The notes: generated from the sequence alone by a model not told the origin. 64,000 bases of DNA from the human T2T-CHM13v2.0 reference genome, Homo sapiens (GCF_009914755.1 NC_060941.1), one strand, 5' to 3'. Shown: positions 13,294 through 32,595, numbered from the stretch's first letter. A program made the numbers and translations.

Positions 13294-13919
13294 ACCATGG
13301 ATTTTGTTCCTACATAATTCTTCTAAGACTTACTTTTAAAATTTGACAGCTTATGCACTTTTAAATATCCACATAATATTCTGCTGAATGTATAATATAA
13401 TCATTCTTCTCTAAAACCATTTTAGTAGTGTAACTTTTTTTCACAAGTAGCATTTAATTGACCGTCTTTCCCCGTATTCGTTCAGTTACATGTGTGTTTC
13501 TGCAGAAGAGCCCTAAACACAGAGCTGCTAGTTGAAGGGCACATGCTGCTGGTATCAAACTGCTTTCCAGAAAAGCTATGCCAGTGTTCACTCCAATCAA
13601 GTGGACCTCATATTTAAACTAGGAAACATTTTAGTAAGATTTGGGAACATAATCTATACACAGAAAGTATATCATGCAAGTTTCTGTGTACATAAAGTTC
13701 AAGTTCAAACTCCCAAAACTGATTACCATAGTTCTATATTTAGAGGACTTTTTATTTCTCATAAGCCAAATTAGCCCAATACATAAAAATTCCTCAATTT
13801 TTACTTTATGAAATCTGAAAAACATTTATTTACATTTATCCCTAAACTCACAATGTGCTCATTTATAAACAGGCTAAGTGTTAGTAAGATAAAGCACAAA
13901 AGCCCTTCTGAATTGCCAC

Positions 13920-14515
13920 CTGTGATAGCTACACCACATGTGGCCCCAGTGCCCACATCTCCTGGTATTCACACATTTGTACAGCTCCTCCTCCATGATG
14001 AAACTGGGCTGGCTGTCTCAGTTTAACCAGAAGTAGACAGCAGAAGTCATGTTGGCCAGGACCAGGCTTAGGCCTTAAAAAGATCTAGCAGCTTCTGCTT
14101 TTGAGCTTTAGAAAGCTGGCCACCCCATAAGAAGTCTGGCTATCTTGTTGGGAGAGAGAGTGGCTATGGGGGGAGGGAGTGGCTATGGGGAGAGGGAGTG
14201 GTCATGGAGAGAGGGAATGGCCTTTGATATCACATAGGGAGAACCAAGGAACTCAGCCAACAATGAGAACAAGGCCCCAGACAGTGACCCCAGTCAACAG
14301 CCATGCCAGCTAGCCCTCAGCCATTTGAGTTATCCTAGTTATGAGTGAAGAGGCCATCTTGGTGTTGCAGGCCTAGCTGACATCTTGTGGAACACCAGTG
14401 TTGTCATCCATGTTGTTCTTTTGCCCAATTTCCTGACCCATGGAATTGTGAGAAATAATAAAATGTCTGTTCTAAATAAGCCACTAAATTCTCCTGAAGC
14501 GGATTTTGTAACACT
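13920..14515 (+). mobile_element. MaLR solo LTR (MLT1F/G-like)
   Basis: TG start, ctcctggtattcaca, ctgacccatggaattgtgagaaataataaa...taagccactaaa; subfamily from memory. Confidence 0.65.
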
Positions 14516-14605
14516 AAGTAGTACTATCTAAATATTTAAGTTTGTTCATACTAACATTCTAGAACATTTTAAAAAATTCAGCCTTGAGAACACAGGAGTG
14601 TTTAC

Positions 14606-14743
14606 CTGACATATTCTTTTTTATTTTCTTCATTAACAGGGATACTTTTGCCATTTGGTTTAAGTTCATGCTGAATAATTTCACCATATGCATTATGTTC
14701 AACACAGAAGGTATGGTCCAAAACACCTGTAATATCATTCTCA
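14606..14743 (-). CDS. SMURF2: SMURF2 exon 15, HECT E2-binding region (ENDITGVLDHTFCVEHNAYGEIIQHELKPNGKSIPVNEENKKEYV)
   Basis: 138 nt; tccag|TGA ... TCAG|gtaaac. Confidence 0.97.
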
Positions 14744-15569
14744 CTGGATAGGAAAGAGGAAAAGATATGTAACTGGGAAACCTAAAATACAGACCCTATA
14801 GATGTATTAATTGGTGAGATAAAACTAAGATCATTTTATAATATAACAAATGTGAGGTCAGATTCTGCTTCCATACCACCTAGTTCTTTCTGGACAGAAA
14901 AGTCAAAGAGCTTTAACCTTCATAAACACAGAAAACATTTAACTTCCTGAGTAATGAGAAAGAGCCTTGGTCAAAGCTGGGCCTTGCTAGAACCACCAAT
15001 ATAGGACAATTTCAGTTACATTTGGCATTCTGAAGAGCCCTACTCGGTACTGTACTCCAAGGGGCCAAGTGCCTGTGTATCCCTAGTGAGAAAGCTACTG
15101 TATACTTTATAAAAAATAAACATTGCCAGTGTATCTTCACAAAATAATGACCTCTTGCAAAACAGAATCAGTTCTTAGCTTAAATTCAACAATTAGTTCT
15201 TATTCTAAAAGTACGGTTCCAACAATCGCCACTTCATTAAAAGCAACAGCAGCCAAGAATTTGCTATTCTAACACACGCAGGTTTGGAACAGAATTTGTA
15301 TCACATTGAGGAAACAATTATATAAAGTACTTTTAAAAATAGAAATATACTAGTTGTTTTTTCCTTTTTAAAGTAGTAACACTTGCTAAGTTTAAGGAAT
15401 TTGAAATGTATAAAGAAGCTACAGGAAAGGGGGAAATCATATGCGATCCTATCACTCAAATAACCACTCAATATTTTCTGTGTAATTTTTTTAAGTACAT
15501 CAGTTTTGAAACATATTTTTTTTTAAAGCTCAGAGTTTATAATGAAGAGATAGAAGACTCAATACATAC

Positions 15570-15748
15570 AGTATCCACACTAAACTGTTGTGAAGATCCG
15601 GATCTACTAACTCCATGTCATCCAAGGTAATTGACTTCCCAAGCAATTGCTTATAAAAAGGCAATGTGAAACCACCATCAATATAATGTCCATGAAACAC
15701 AGCCATTCCCATTATTCGTCCAACAAAGTGGAAATAGGATAAATGTTC
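15570..15748 (-). CDS. SMURF2: SMURF2 exon 14, HECT ([20 protein letters not shown]...[11 protein letters not shown])
   Basis: 179 nt; ttcag|GAA ... TACT|gtatgt; matches ORF 15530..15784. Confidence 0.97.
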
Positions 15749-16169
15749 CTGAAATTGAAAACAGTATATATACTCGTTAGGCACTACCCAGGAAAATTTT
15801 AATAAAAATGAAATATTTCAGCAACATTAATCTTTTTGAGAATAAGCATAAAATTTTTACTCTTCAATAGAGTCAGGAGGGAGTATTTCTCTAGGGCATG
15901 CTCCAGAGTCTCTAGATCACCAGAGAACAGCATATTACACAGGGTAATATGCCCTTCTCGCAGGGGCCAGTCATTTTGTAAATTTTATCTTTTAGAAATT
16001 AAGTCCAAACTATGGTCCCGGAGCTTCATTCAACTACTTGCAGATCCTTTTCTCTTCCTTCTCTCACCTCCTGCTGAGCCCTTTGTCATGAAAAAAAATC
16101 TTTCAATCCTAAACCTCCCTACTTCCTTGACCTAACCAGAAATTAAACATCAAAACACCATAGATTTAA

Positions 16170-17255
16170 GAGCACAGACTTGGTGTCAGACTTGAATTAG
16201 AATCACGATTCTGCCAGTCAATGGCATATGGACAAATTAACCCCCGTAAGACTAACTGTCCACATCTGGAAATATGAGGATAATAACAGTATCTAAAAAG
16301 CATCTCTATGAGGAGTAAAATGAGGTGATGTTTGAAACCCATGGAACTGGACCTGGCATGTTATAAGCAGTCAATGAGTCTGGGCTATTGTTACTACAGG
16401 GGCAGTAGTGGGCCCTCCAAAAAGAACCTTCACCTCAAAATCCTCCCTAAATAACTTCTTGAAACAAATCTAACATTTCTACCCTTTTATATATATTTGG
16501 TCTTTCGTCACAGATTGTTTTGTTAGATGTTTGTATTTTTAAATTCTTTTACCTCTCTATTTACTAAGTAATCTTTTAAGCTCGTCTTTAAACCTTTTAT
16601 CTTGTTTTTGTTTCTTTTTTAAAAGTAACACACGCGCACGCACACAAACATATATATTTACCAAAGTTGCATTATACTATTTGATAACCTTCGTTTCACT
16701 TAACACATCATAAACACCATCTTTCCATATCATTAACTATTATCCCACATTATCATTTTAGTGGCTGTATAGTATGCCCTTATATGGAAAGACAATATAA
16801 AAACAATACATTAGTAATAACTGCTAACTTCTGTTGAGTGCTTAGTAATGTAGTTGATAGAGTTGTAGAGTGAATAACATACAGCACTGTGCTAAGTGCT
16901 TAATGTGCAGGGTCCCATTTCATTCTCATAACCCCTCTTTGAGGTACAAATGTATTTATTAGCAATGACAAAACTGAAGCTTAAGTCCATGAACTTGCCC
17001 TGAAAGGTCACAAAGCTAGTAAGTGATGAGACCACGACACGTCTTTCTAATTCCAGAACCTATGCCTTTAATCATTTGCATTATTCTGCTTCATGTCATA
17101 ATTTAATCAGTCCCCGCTCCTGAAGACAACTATGTTGTTTTCAGTTGAGTGCTACTATAAACAATAAACATCCCTGTTTCCAAATTGGTGCATATATCCA
17201 TAATCATCTGCTTGGGAAAATTTTATAGAAGGGGAATTGCTGAGTCAAAGGGCAC
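16170..17255. mobile_element. MIR (+) ~16170-16395, MIR (-) ~16830-17090, flanking old L1M fragments (-)
   Basis: MIR core motifs (catctggaaat, actgtgctaagtgctt). Confidence 0.6.
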
Positions 17256-17354
17256 AACTAAGACAAGGACAAATAATTTCTATATAATAAACTACATTAA
17301 CATGTAAACATGAAAAGCATTATTGGTCACAATTCACATCATAACTTCAAATCA

Positions 17355-17534
<180 letters not shown>

Positions 17535-17867
17535 TCATTAACTAATCATTTTAGCAAATAATTATTTAAATTAATAAAAGGCAAAAAAGCACTAACTACA
17601 GTTATATAAGATCACATTGGAAAAATCTACCGTACCCAAATAGCATATAAAAACTCTATTATATTGAAGTAACATCTCACGCAAAATTTAGGCAATTTTA
17701 TTATATTTTAGCATCAAAGAGTATAAAAGTATTATCCAACAGTTCAGCTACTCACGAGATGATACGGTCCAGTGGTCTGTTACTTTTAATTGCCAAATAA
17801 ATTTGTAATCCATAATAAACATAAAACAAAAGGAAGAATATGGTTTTATTTCAAAATGTCCATGTGA

Positions 17868-18168
<301 letters not shown>

Positions 18169-19063
18169 TCATCTCTATTATCCTGGTCTACTCCTATCAC
18201 GACCAGTTTATACAGACATATAATATAGTATTGATTTACTCTTCATTTTGGACAAGGCTATATTTTGTTGTAGTATTAAGGACATTTCATTATTCATTTC
18301 ATTATCATTCACTGTATAAACCCTGAAACATACCATGATAAAAATATAAGTGGGCAAGGATTGCAAGGCATTTGGTGTAGGTATGGACTCAAGGGCAAAC
18401 GTGCATTCTTTGGGTATGTTCCATACCACTTCTTGACTTCAATGTAAATCAATGTTTTTAAAACCTGGAATAAAAAGTACTTCCACCTTGAATTTATTAA
18501 AACCTTCAAATTTTTCAAAGTATAAAAGATAATTTGTTACTCACTTTGGAAATTCACTAGTCTAGGACTTAAGAGATGTAGTTCTAGTCTTAATTCTTGT
18601 CATTCCTTGGCTAGGGAAGGTTATTTAAATGATATATTTTGATATTATGGATTAAACAGATTGAATAATATTTTTGAGCAAATGCAGAATAGTATTAAAA
18701 CTAGTTAAAGGAAACTGTTTCAAAATTCTATGTGATGGAGTCTAAATTAAATTACTACCATTATGTAACATTTGAAAAACTACTCTAGAGATTAAAAAAA
18801 GAAGTAACGTCTCCACATAAGCAGCCTTCCCAACATAACACTCATCTGATGTGTCTTGTGTTTTTGGTGTGTGTATGTGTTTTTTAAAAAGAAAATCCAA
18901 ATTTTTGTTTTGTTTTACCAAGTATTTAGAACACAAATAAGAGCAGAACTCAACTACTTTGAGATTCTACTATGGAATAAAGTTCAGAAAAAGCAGATCA
19001 CTGTCACATTCCATTTATTCTGCTCAAACCCTGACAGTAGTAAGGTTAAAAAACAAAAAACTG

Positions 19064-19990
<927 letters not shown>

Positions 19991-20428
19991 AAACTACTTA
20001 TTTGATCTATACATATAATTATAGTACTTAGATGCCACCAGTAGTTGATGATGAAGTGTTCCCAATAAACATTCACTCTAGTTATGAGTAAGTAATACAA
20101 ATTCCACAGAAACTGTCAAGTCCTAAGTATGATGTACAAGGGATTATTTTTAAAAATCCACACTAAAGAAACTATCCATCCGTAGGTTTAAAAGGTGACA
20201 GAATGAAAATAAGGCTACAAATACACACATGTAATGCTAAATAACAATTAATGGGAATTATTGAAAACATAATTTTGGTTGGATTTAAGATTAGGGAAAG
20301 CAGAATTACCACAATGATCCTTGGAACATTTCAATACAGAGCTACAGTGTTTCTCCATTTATATAAAACGAATTTTCACACATAGAAAAGAATTCTTGTA
20401 GTAAATATAATATCAGAAATAAATCACT

Positions 20429-20745
20429 GGCTGGGTGTGGTGGCTCACACCTGTAATCCCAGCACTTCGGAAGGCTGGGGCAGGCAGATTGTTTGAGCTC
20501 AGAAGTTCGAGAATAGCCTGGGCAACATGGCAAAACCCCATCTCTACAAAAAAAAAAAAACAAAAACTAGCCGGGTGTGGTGGCTTGTACCTGTAGTCCC
20601 AGCTACTCAGGAGGCTGAGGTGGGAGGCTCTCTTGAGCCCAGGATGGGGAGGTTGCAGTGAGCTGAGATCACGCCACTACACTCCAGCCTGGGTGACAGA
20701 GGGAGACCCTGTCTCCAAAAAAAAAAAAAAAAAAAAAAAGAAAGA
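20429..20745 (+). mobile_element. AluJ-like
   Basis: Alu consensus. Confidence 0.92.
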
Positions 20746-21249
20746 AAATTAATTTGACTTGACCTGTGAGTTACAAATGTAGCAGAAGCATTCTACCTTC
20801 TGTACTGAAACATTCTGAGGACCATCATGATATGTACATGTGTATACACACATGCATGCATACACATTCATTTAACAAGGAAAAAAGGCATAACAAATGG
20901 AAGCAAAGAGAACCAGTATTCAGTTCAGGTTATATATCATTTAAATCTCAAAACTGTTCCTGACAATGTAAAGCAGAGGCAATAATGTACTTAAAGAGAG
21001 AGATGGAGAAAACACAGGGCCTGCAGTCTCATGGGACTCAGATGGTCTACTGGGGAGTTCCAGAATACTTGTCCGGTAGCAGTGCCACCCTAACCTCATT
21101 ATGAATATATCTATTAGGATATCCTCAGTGATACAAACATTAGGGAATAACAAAAAATAAATGTCGATGAGAAAGTTACACCACAGGAAGTAGCTTAAAT
21201 TTGTAAGTACAAAGATCCATATGTCATAAGCTGGCAAGCAAGTCCATAC

Positions 21250-22427
<1,178 letters not shown>

Positions 22428-22520
22428 AATTTCTCTCTAATTTAAAATAAGGTTTGTATTAGCAAGCAATGGGTTTCTGGAAAAAAAAATAGTAAAACAA
22501 AATAAGGCTCGTAAATTTAC

Positions 22521-22716
22521 CTCAAAAATCTCTTCCCTGGAAACCTCAATGCGGCAATGACCTGCCTGAGGCTGTTGTTGGGAAAGTTCTTGCCGCAAAA
22601 TTTTTAGTTTCTGAACCAGGTCTCGCTTGTACCTTGGGACTGTCAGGCATTCTGTGTCATCAGGACATAACGATACCACTTGCTGTTGCTGTTGGTCTTT
22701 CAATTGGTTCTGCCGA
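22521..22716 (-). CDS. SMURF2: SMURF2 exon 11, Gln-rich linker and HECT start (RQNQLKDQQQQQ...EVSREEIFE)
   Basis: 196 nt; tctag|TCG ... TGAG|gtaaat; matches ORF 22437..22730. Confidence 0.97.
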
Positions 22717-23319
22717 CTAGAAGTAAACATAGATGTTATTATTAAAGTATATCAAATTTTAAAAATTGCAATTATAGATTTAAAATAGCATCATATTATA
22801 AAGCAAGTCTAGCTCTATCATTTTCCAAGCCTTAGTAGAACATATACTTGGCTTGACATTTTTTGGCAGCAATAAACCAGCTACAAAGTTTATTTCTCAT
22901 AGTCCACATAAACTGACAGAATTGGATAATGGAATTTTATCCATAAAGCTTTATACAGCTTCTGAGGACAAATTTTTCCAATATAGCTTCCATTTTCCCC
23001 TACAGAGTTTACCATCACCCACTTTAAAATTCAGGCATGTGCCAAACACTGCTTGTTATCTAGACTCTTTCTTTCTGGAAGAGCCAAACAGGAGTCTGAA
23101 AGGCAGCTTGGCAGGGATCCCTTCTTTTTATACACCAGGCCAAATATTATACCTAAAACATATGACCATACAAAGAAAATACACCTTTGTTTAAAATGCC
23201 AAGTCAATATTAACTACTCTTACAAATACTATAATAAAGATGTTTTAACATACACACAAAATCAAAACAGATTACCGTGTACATAAATGCATTCCATAAA
23301 CAACTGTATAATCTTATTT

Positions 23320-24835
23320 TTTAAATGAACTTGGGTATATTTCATATCAGATACAAAAAGTAACTCAAAATGGACTGCAAACATCAATGTAAAATCCAAA
23401 GCCATAAAACTTCTAAGCACAGGAGAAAATTTGTTATGACATACATCAGGCAATGAATGATTTCTTAGATATAACACCAAAAGCACAATCCATGAAAGAA
23501 CAAATGGATAAACAGAACATCCATTTTTAAATTTTTTTTAAAGAGGCAGGGTCTTGCTATATTGCCCAGGCTGGCCCTGAACTCCTGGTTCAAGTGATCC
23601 TCCTGCCTCAGCCTCCTGGTAGCTAGAACTACAGGCACCCAATACCACCCTCAGCTTAAAGAAAATTGCTGCTCTTCAAAAGACACTGTTTAGGAAAACT
23701 AAAAGACAAGTCAAGTCATAGACTAGGAAAATTCCTTTGGAAAGCATATATCAGATATGTAAATATCTAAAGAAGCTCAAAACTCAACAAAAAACTGAGC
23801 TGCTCGATTTGGGAGGGCTGGGGGCATGGCAAAAGATTCTGCCAAAGAAGCCATTCTACTCCTAGGTTATTTATTTAACCAAGAGAAATGAGGGCATATA
23901 CATACAAAGACTTGCACATAAATGTTCATAATAGTTTTATCTGTCATAGCGAAAGACTGGAAACAACCCAAATGCCCATCAGTAGATAAATGAATAAACT
24001 GTGGTATACCCATACAATGGAATACCACCAACAATACAAAGAAATGAACTATGTAACAATGATGAATCTCATTATGTGAGTAAAAGAAATCATACTGCAT
24101 GATTCCATTTATCTAGAAAATGCAAACTAATATACTGACAGAAAGCAGGTCAGCAGTTGGCTGGAGATGGGGTGTTATGGGTTGAGCTGTGTGTCCCCCA
24201 AAAGATATGCTGAAGGCTCAACATCTGGTCAACCTGTGGATTTGACCTTATTTGGAAATAAGGTCTTTGCAGATAAAATTAAGGTGAGGTAAGATCATAC
24301 TGGATTAGGATGGCCTTAAATCCAAAAACTGATGTCTTTATAAGAAGAGGGAAATTAGGATACATACATACAGGAAAGAAGACTATGGGAGGACAGAAGA
24401 CAAAGACTGGAGCAATTTGTCTACAAGCCAAGGAACACCAAGGTTTCCAGAAACCACTGGGAAGTTAGGAAAGAGGCATGGAACAGATTCTCTCTCAAAG
24501 CCTCTGGAAGGAACTCATTATCACTTACTATAGAGTCAGCCCCTTACCCTGTAGTTCTGCCTCCAGAATTGTGAGAGAATGAATTTCTGTTGTTTTAAGC
24601 CATCCAGTTCGTGGTATTTTGTTACAGCAGCCCTGGGAAACTAACACAGGGTGGAAGTCCCACAGGGAGGGACAGAAGAAATCACAAAAGGGCAAGAGAA
24701 AACTTTTGGGGGTGGTGAATATGTTCACTATCTTCACTGTGGTGATGGTTTCATGGTGTATATCAAAACTTAAACTGTACACTTTAAATATTCAGTTTAT
24801 TGTATGTCAATATATTTCAATAAGGCTGATTTTAA
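23320..24835 (+). mobile_element. Old L1M 3' region interrupted by a FLAM/Alu monomer (~23525-23657, -) and an LTR
   Basis: ggaaacaacccaaatgcccatc, tgtggtatacccatacaatggaatac, 3' end tcaataaggctg. Confidence 0.75.
24173..24648 (+). mobile_element. MaLR solo LTR (MLT1C-like)
   Basis: tgttatgggttga...tgaccttatttggaaata...gttacagcagccctgggaaactaacaca; gggtg TSD-like. Confidence 0.85.
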
Positions 24836-25379
24836 AAAATCCAGCAGATATCAGGCCTCTTCACAAAGCCTCCTGTGAAAGACCAAGCCATGCAAATGGA
24901 AAGGTGGCTTAGAGCTGAAGGACAAAAACGGACACAGGAGAAAATCCTTCTGGGATGTGGGCAGCTAGCCTGGAACTATTGTTCCTGATGCACTCAGGGA
25001 AAAAAAAAATCTAACTACCCAATAAAGCAGCCTGTCTCTTCAGGTGTGCTAGGGTGCAAGGGGCAGTTCTGTAAGGGCTGATGTGAGAGTGCAGGCCAGG
25101 AAACAGTGGGGGTGCTGGTCTATCCTTTAGGGCCTCTGCCAATGTCTAAAGGCTTTATCAAACAAGCAAATGATTTTCTTGAAATCAAGTAGATCTGATA
25201 AGCAGGGAAAAGACTCAAATTGTAATCCCCTTGCCCATAAGTCATCTTTTTCTTTAAAAAGAAAAGCTTCCTTTAAGGGTATAAGGCAGAATATCTTCAT
25301 GCAATGCCAGTCAAAGGAAGGGAAATAAGTAATTAGTGTTACTGGAATCAAAACATGAAGGGAAAAAAAAAAACCTCCA

Positions 25380-25560
25380 TAGTCAGACTGGGTGGATTCA
25401 AATCCCAGCTCTAGCACCTTTTATGCACCTCTGGACAAGTTCTGTAACTGCTTGAGGCCCCATTTTTCTCACTGATGAGAAAGAGGTAGCCCAGGATTGC
25501 AATGAAGATGACATGGGCACTCAGAGCATGGTAAGTGCAAAATAAATATCAGTTACTATA
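25380..25560 (+). mobile_element. MIR
   Basis: ggattcaaatcccagctct...gacaagtt. Confidence 0.6.
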
Positions 25561-26302
25561 GCTACTATTAAGATAGTTACTGAGTTACAAAAACATGCTT
25601 TTCAAGCAAAGGAAATAAAAAAAAAAACTGACTAAAATGCTTTCTTAGAAGAATATGCTTCCTTGGCAAAGTTATTTATTAAACCCCAATGGCAATGTTT
25701 TGCAATATAATTTATATTCTAATGACATTTTTGCCAAAAAAATTTCCAAGAGAGAAAAACAATAAAAACCATAATAGATGTACCAAATAAGGTAATACTA
25801 TATTTGACGGCTCATAGACATAGATTCAAAACTCCGTTAACACTTGTCTAAAGAAAAACCCCCCAATTTAAAAATCTTTAAAAAATAGAAATCAAACATT
25901 AATAGAAAAGATACTTCTATCCGACATATCCTGATATGTAAAGATTAATAAATTAACTGTTATAATTTAAAATTAGTGCCTTATGAATCTTTTTAAAACT
26001 ACAATTTTAAGATTAAAATTGTTTCTTATGTATCTCAATAAATTGTTTCACATATAAATTATATACTACATTACATAGCTGAATAAAAACTAATTTATCA
26101 CTTTAAAGTTAATTTATGACAGAAACTTTAATGCTGCAAATAATTTTTATATATTTTATGTAATGTAACACGAATATAAACCCCAGGGAGGATCTATCAG
26201 GTTAGGGACTTTACCGAACTAGTAGCTGGAGTTGTGAAATCCTGTCCTTAAGAAGAAAAAAACAAAACAAAACAAAACAAAAACGGATGTAGAAATGCTT
26301 AA

Positions 26303-26921
<619 letters not shown>

Positions 26922-27335
26922 TTAAGCTTTTTCATAGCACAGTAACTTGAAATCAAAGATATTGAAGAGAGGAACAAATTAATACTAAAATACAAAAATG
27001 TTCAAATGAAAACTTTCTATTAGGAATATGTATAAAACTTCCAGATAATGCAAATGCTGGCCATATTAATGGAAACTAATCAACAAAATTGGAAAACTAA
27101 CAATTATAAGAAAACTAGTCAAATGTTCTTCAAGTTACTTCCTGTCATTTACTCCAACAAACAGAAAAGACAACAGACATTTCTAATCATCCCACCTGTA
27201 GTTATTCCTTCAGAACATTATTTTTCATTCAGTTATTTAATACAACTAACTATTCAGCAAAAAGATGGAAGATCTGTAACTGTTCTACTGAAATATTCTA
27301 CTGGCAACATCAAGGCAAACATCTATTACCTAAAG

Positions 27336-28151
<816 letters not shown>

Positions 28152-28484
28152 ACCTAAAGGGATGATCCTGGAGGCAGGAGGTAAATAAAGCACAACCACC
28201 TCTTGGAGGCTTCCTGGGCCTCTCAGAGAGCCATACTGGCTCTTGATTACCATTGTACATTTGTCAAGTACTTTGGGTATGTTACATACTAAAGCAGCAA
28301 AAATAAATGGGATACACGTCTTCTTAAGTAATTCAAAGTCTAGTAGGGGAAGCAGAAAGGTAACAAACAATTAAGATACAAAAGTAAAACAAAAGCCCTC
28401 TGTAGAGTGCTCCAACATCTTTTATTCCTTATCATCTCCCCAAATTCCAATTTGCTGCCCCTATATGCCCTTTAAAAAAACCCA

Positions 28485-29610
<1,126 letters not shown>

Positions 29611-30389
29611 TAGAGCAGTGTTACTCAAAGGGTAGACTGCAGATGACACTTATTTTGCTATCTAGGCTATAAAGACCCTAATGCACAGAAACAGTCCATA
29701 CTTCTCTGTTTCTTCAGATACTTTTACATTAGGGCTTTCAAATACTTGCGACCTTCATTTGTAAGCAAGGTTTTAGAATCTTCTATCTACAATAAAGTAA
29801 GATCTGCTGACATAATGAGACTGCCAGGATAATTATACATATTTCGAAGAAGGAACCAAAGATACACATTTTCAATGTTTTCTCCTATTATCCTAAAAAA
29901 CTGGTAGCCAGTTCTCATTTAAATTTTTTGCTTTATTAACCTAACTCCAAAAATTAATGAAACAAGGACATTTTCAGAAGTCATTTTAAAGTATATTATT
30001 ATTTTTGTTGTGTTTTTAACATTTTAACATACATAAGAACTTTACAACAAATGAATAAGACAGAGCAGGTAATGTCACCATTCATTTAGAGAAGCTAAAA
30101 TGAATTATTCAGGGGTCAGAGTGAACCTTGCTCTCCAAGTTCTTAGCCTAAAATCCTTGTTGCTATACCACTCTCAGTGTTTTTGCCAGAAGTGTTGAAA
30201 AAGACACTTTGCTACTTAGCTTAGTAATGAAGTTTTCCTGTTCTCTCTTTTCCTCCTCCTGCCCCCATTCTTCAGAAGGCAATGCTAATAAGTAACAGAG
30301 TTAGAAGAAATGAGGCAGCTAGAGAGAAAAGAAAAGCAAAGGATGCAAATAATATACACACAATACTCAGTATAGTGCCTCACAGGCAG

Positions 30390-31480
30390 CTGAAGCCAGA
30401 GCATCCTGGTTTCACTCCAGACTTCACCACTGGCAACGTATGGAAAGTCATGTAACCTCTATACCTCAGTTTCCTCATCTGTAAAAATGGCAGTAGCTAA
30501 CTCACAGAGTTTTTCTGAGGATGAAATTACGAACTTGGGGTGTTTTTGTTTGTTTGCTTTTTAAAGACAAGAGTCTCACTCTGTTGCCCAAGCTAGAATG
30601 AGTGGCGCGATCACAGCTCACTGCAGCCACGACCTCCTGAGCTCAAGAGATCCTCCCACCTCGGTGTCCTGAGTAGCTGGGACCACAGGTGCGCACCACC
30701 ATGACCAGCTAATTTTAAAAAAATTTTTTGAAGAGAATAGGACTCACATGTTGGCCAGGTTGGTCTTGAACTCCTAGGCTCAAGTGATTCTCCAACCTCA
30801 GCCTCCCAAAGTGCTGGGATTACAGCATGAGCCACATGCCTGGCCTTACCAACATATGTAAAGTATAAAGAACAATGCTTGTCACACAGTAAGTGCTACT
30901 AAGGTGTTAGCCATTAATATAAATTATTAATAATTTTGTATTACAATGGCAACACAAAATTAGCCTGTTCAACCCCTACTTCTCCTGTCAAGATATTGCC
31001 TCTGTAAAAGGCCATCTTGAGCACCTCTAATAACCCTTTTCCTAACATTCCAAGACAGGTTCCTACCTAAAAGCATAGTAGGTTTAAAATACTCATATCA
31101 GAGTAAACCTTGTCACACTCTTACATAAATTTTGCTCAATAAAAGTAAATTATAACTGATGAAAGTAGATGTTCTTTCATTTTTTAAGAGACAGGGTCTC
31201 CATCTGTCACCCAGGCTGGAGTTGGGGTGGTGTGATCATAGTCCACTGCAGCCTCAAACTCCTGGGCTCAGGCGATTCTCCTGCCTCAGTTTCCCAAGTA
31301 GCTAGGACTGCAGGCATACACCACCACACCCAGCTAATTTTTTAATTTAAACAACTTTTTTTTTGTAGAGATGAGGTCTCACTATATTGACCAGGCTAGT
31401 CTCAAACCCCTGGCCTCAAGTGATCCTGCTGCCACGGCCTCCCAAAGCACTGGGATTAAAGGCGTGAGCCACTGTATCGA
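30390..31480. mobile_element. MIR(+) split by AluJ(-) ~30550-30845; AluJ(-) ~31178-31480
   Basis: cctcagtttcctcatctgtaaaa MIR core; Alu consensus. Confidence 0.8.
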
Positions 31481-31562
31481 GACTCACATTTATTATTAAA
31501 AGCATCTATGCGTTTCATCATGTTTAACTCCCATTTTAACATGTATTGTTTCAAAAACTTAC

Positions 31563-31721
31563 TTTAAAACTAAATGCAAGTTAGCAGACAGCCGAGGATC
31601 TGTAAATTGTGTTGTTCTGTTGTTATGGTCAACGAAATAAACTCTGCCTGTTGCCGTATTACGGATCTCCCATCCAGGAGGCAATGGACCAAGCTCTTCA
31701 CAATTGATGTTGCTAAGATCC
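31563..31721 (-). CDS. SMURF2: SMURF2 exon 10, WW3 ([52 protein letters not shown])
   Basis: 159 nt; tgcag|GGA ... TAAA|gtaagt; matches ORF 31559..31780. Confidence 0.97.
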
Positions 31722-32429
31722 CTGCAAAAACAAATATAAAATAAAAAATACCTCATTGCTCGCCCTGCTGAACCAAGCAAGTGTAAATGACACAGAACAA
31801 TTCCACAAAGTGTGAGAAAATGTATTGTTTCAGAAACTTGAGATGTTCAGCTGGAATCTTTAATTCCCAATGGTTTAACAAACTTTCATCTTCAAAGCCC
31901 AATCCATAAATGGCTCAGAAAAACTTATCACATAGCCTACATTTTTTAGTAATTTCCTAGGCTTTAATGTAATACAGATTTAAATTAATATAAAATCAAT
32001 CCCAATATTTGCCAACATAAACTGTATTTCAACACGTGTTTGACAGGAAGTAATTTTACAAGTGTCAGTGACATAAAGAATTAAATGCTTTCTAAAATGT
32101 CCCTTCATTTCTTTACTATACCATAAAATTTGCATAAAATGTCCATTCCATAATTTTAAGCTCGCCAACAAAGCAAAACTGGAAATGTTACTGAAATTAT
32201 GATCCTGAAAATAATCACAGCATATTTTTAAAGAATAAACTGCAATTCTAAAATCTGTAAAGTTAGTCAATGAAGAACCTGTTTAAGATACATTACCAAG
32301 AGTGCTCTAAGGGTTACCACTGCAATAAGAAAAGCTAAGATTTTTAATGGACCAAAGACTATTGCTATTATATTATACATTCTTAAAATACTAGTATATA
32401 TAGAGAAGGATTAATAGGGCCTTAAAGAA

Positions 32430-32595
32430 TGAGTTAAGGAGCTTCCAGGTTGGTGAACACACTGAGGTACTGGACGGTGGCCTGCCCAGAGAGGGCATGG
32501 TAGCTCCTTGCCCTCCCCCCATACTGTGTCCTAAGCATTGCTTCCATTTGGCTGTTCCAGAGTTGTAGCCTCTGTAATAAACTGGCAATAGAACT
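32430..32595 (+). mobile_element. ERVL LTR fragment (MER21-like)
   Basis: gagcttccaggttggtgaacac...agagagggcatgg...catttggctgttcc...taataaac. Confidence 0.65.

Noticed and set aside
26205-26214. GGGACTTTAC as an NF-kB site
   Set aside because: Mismatch in the conserved terminal CC; isolated motif
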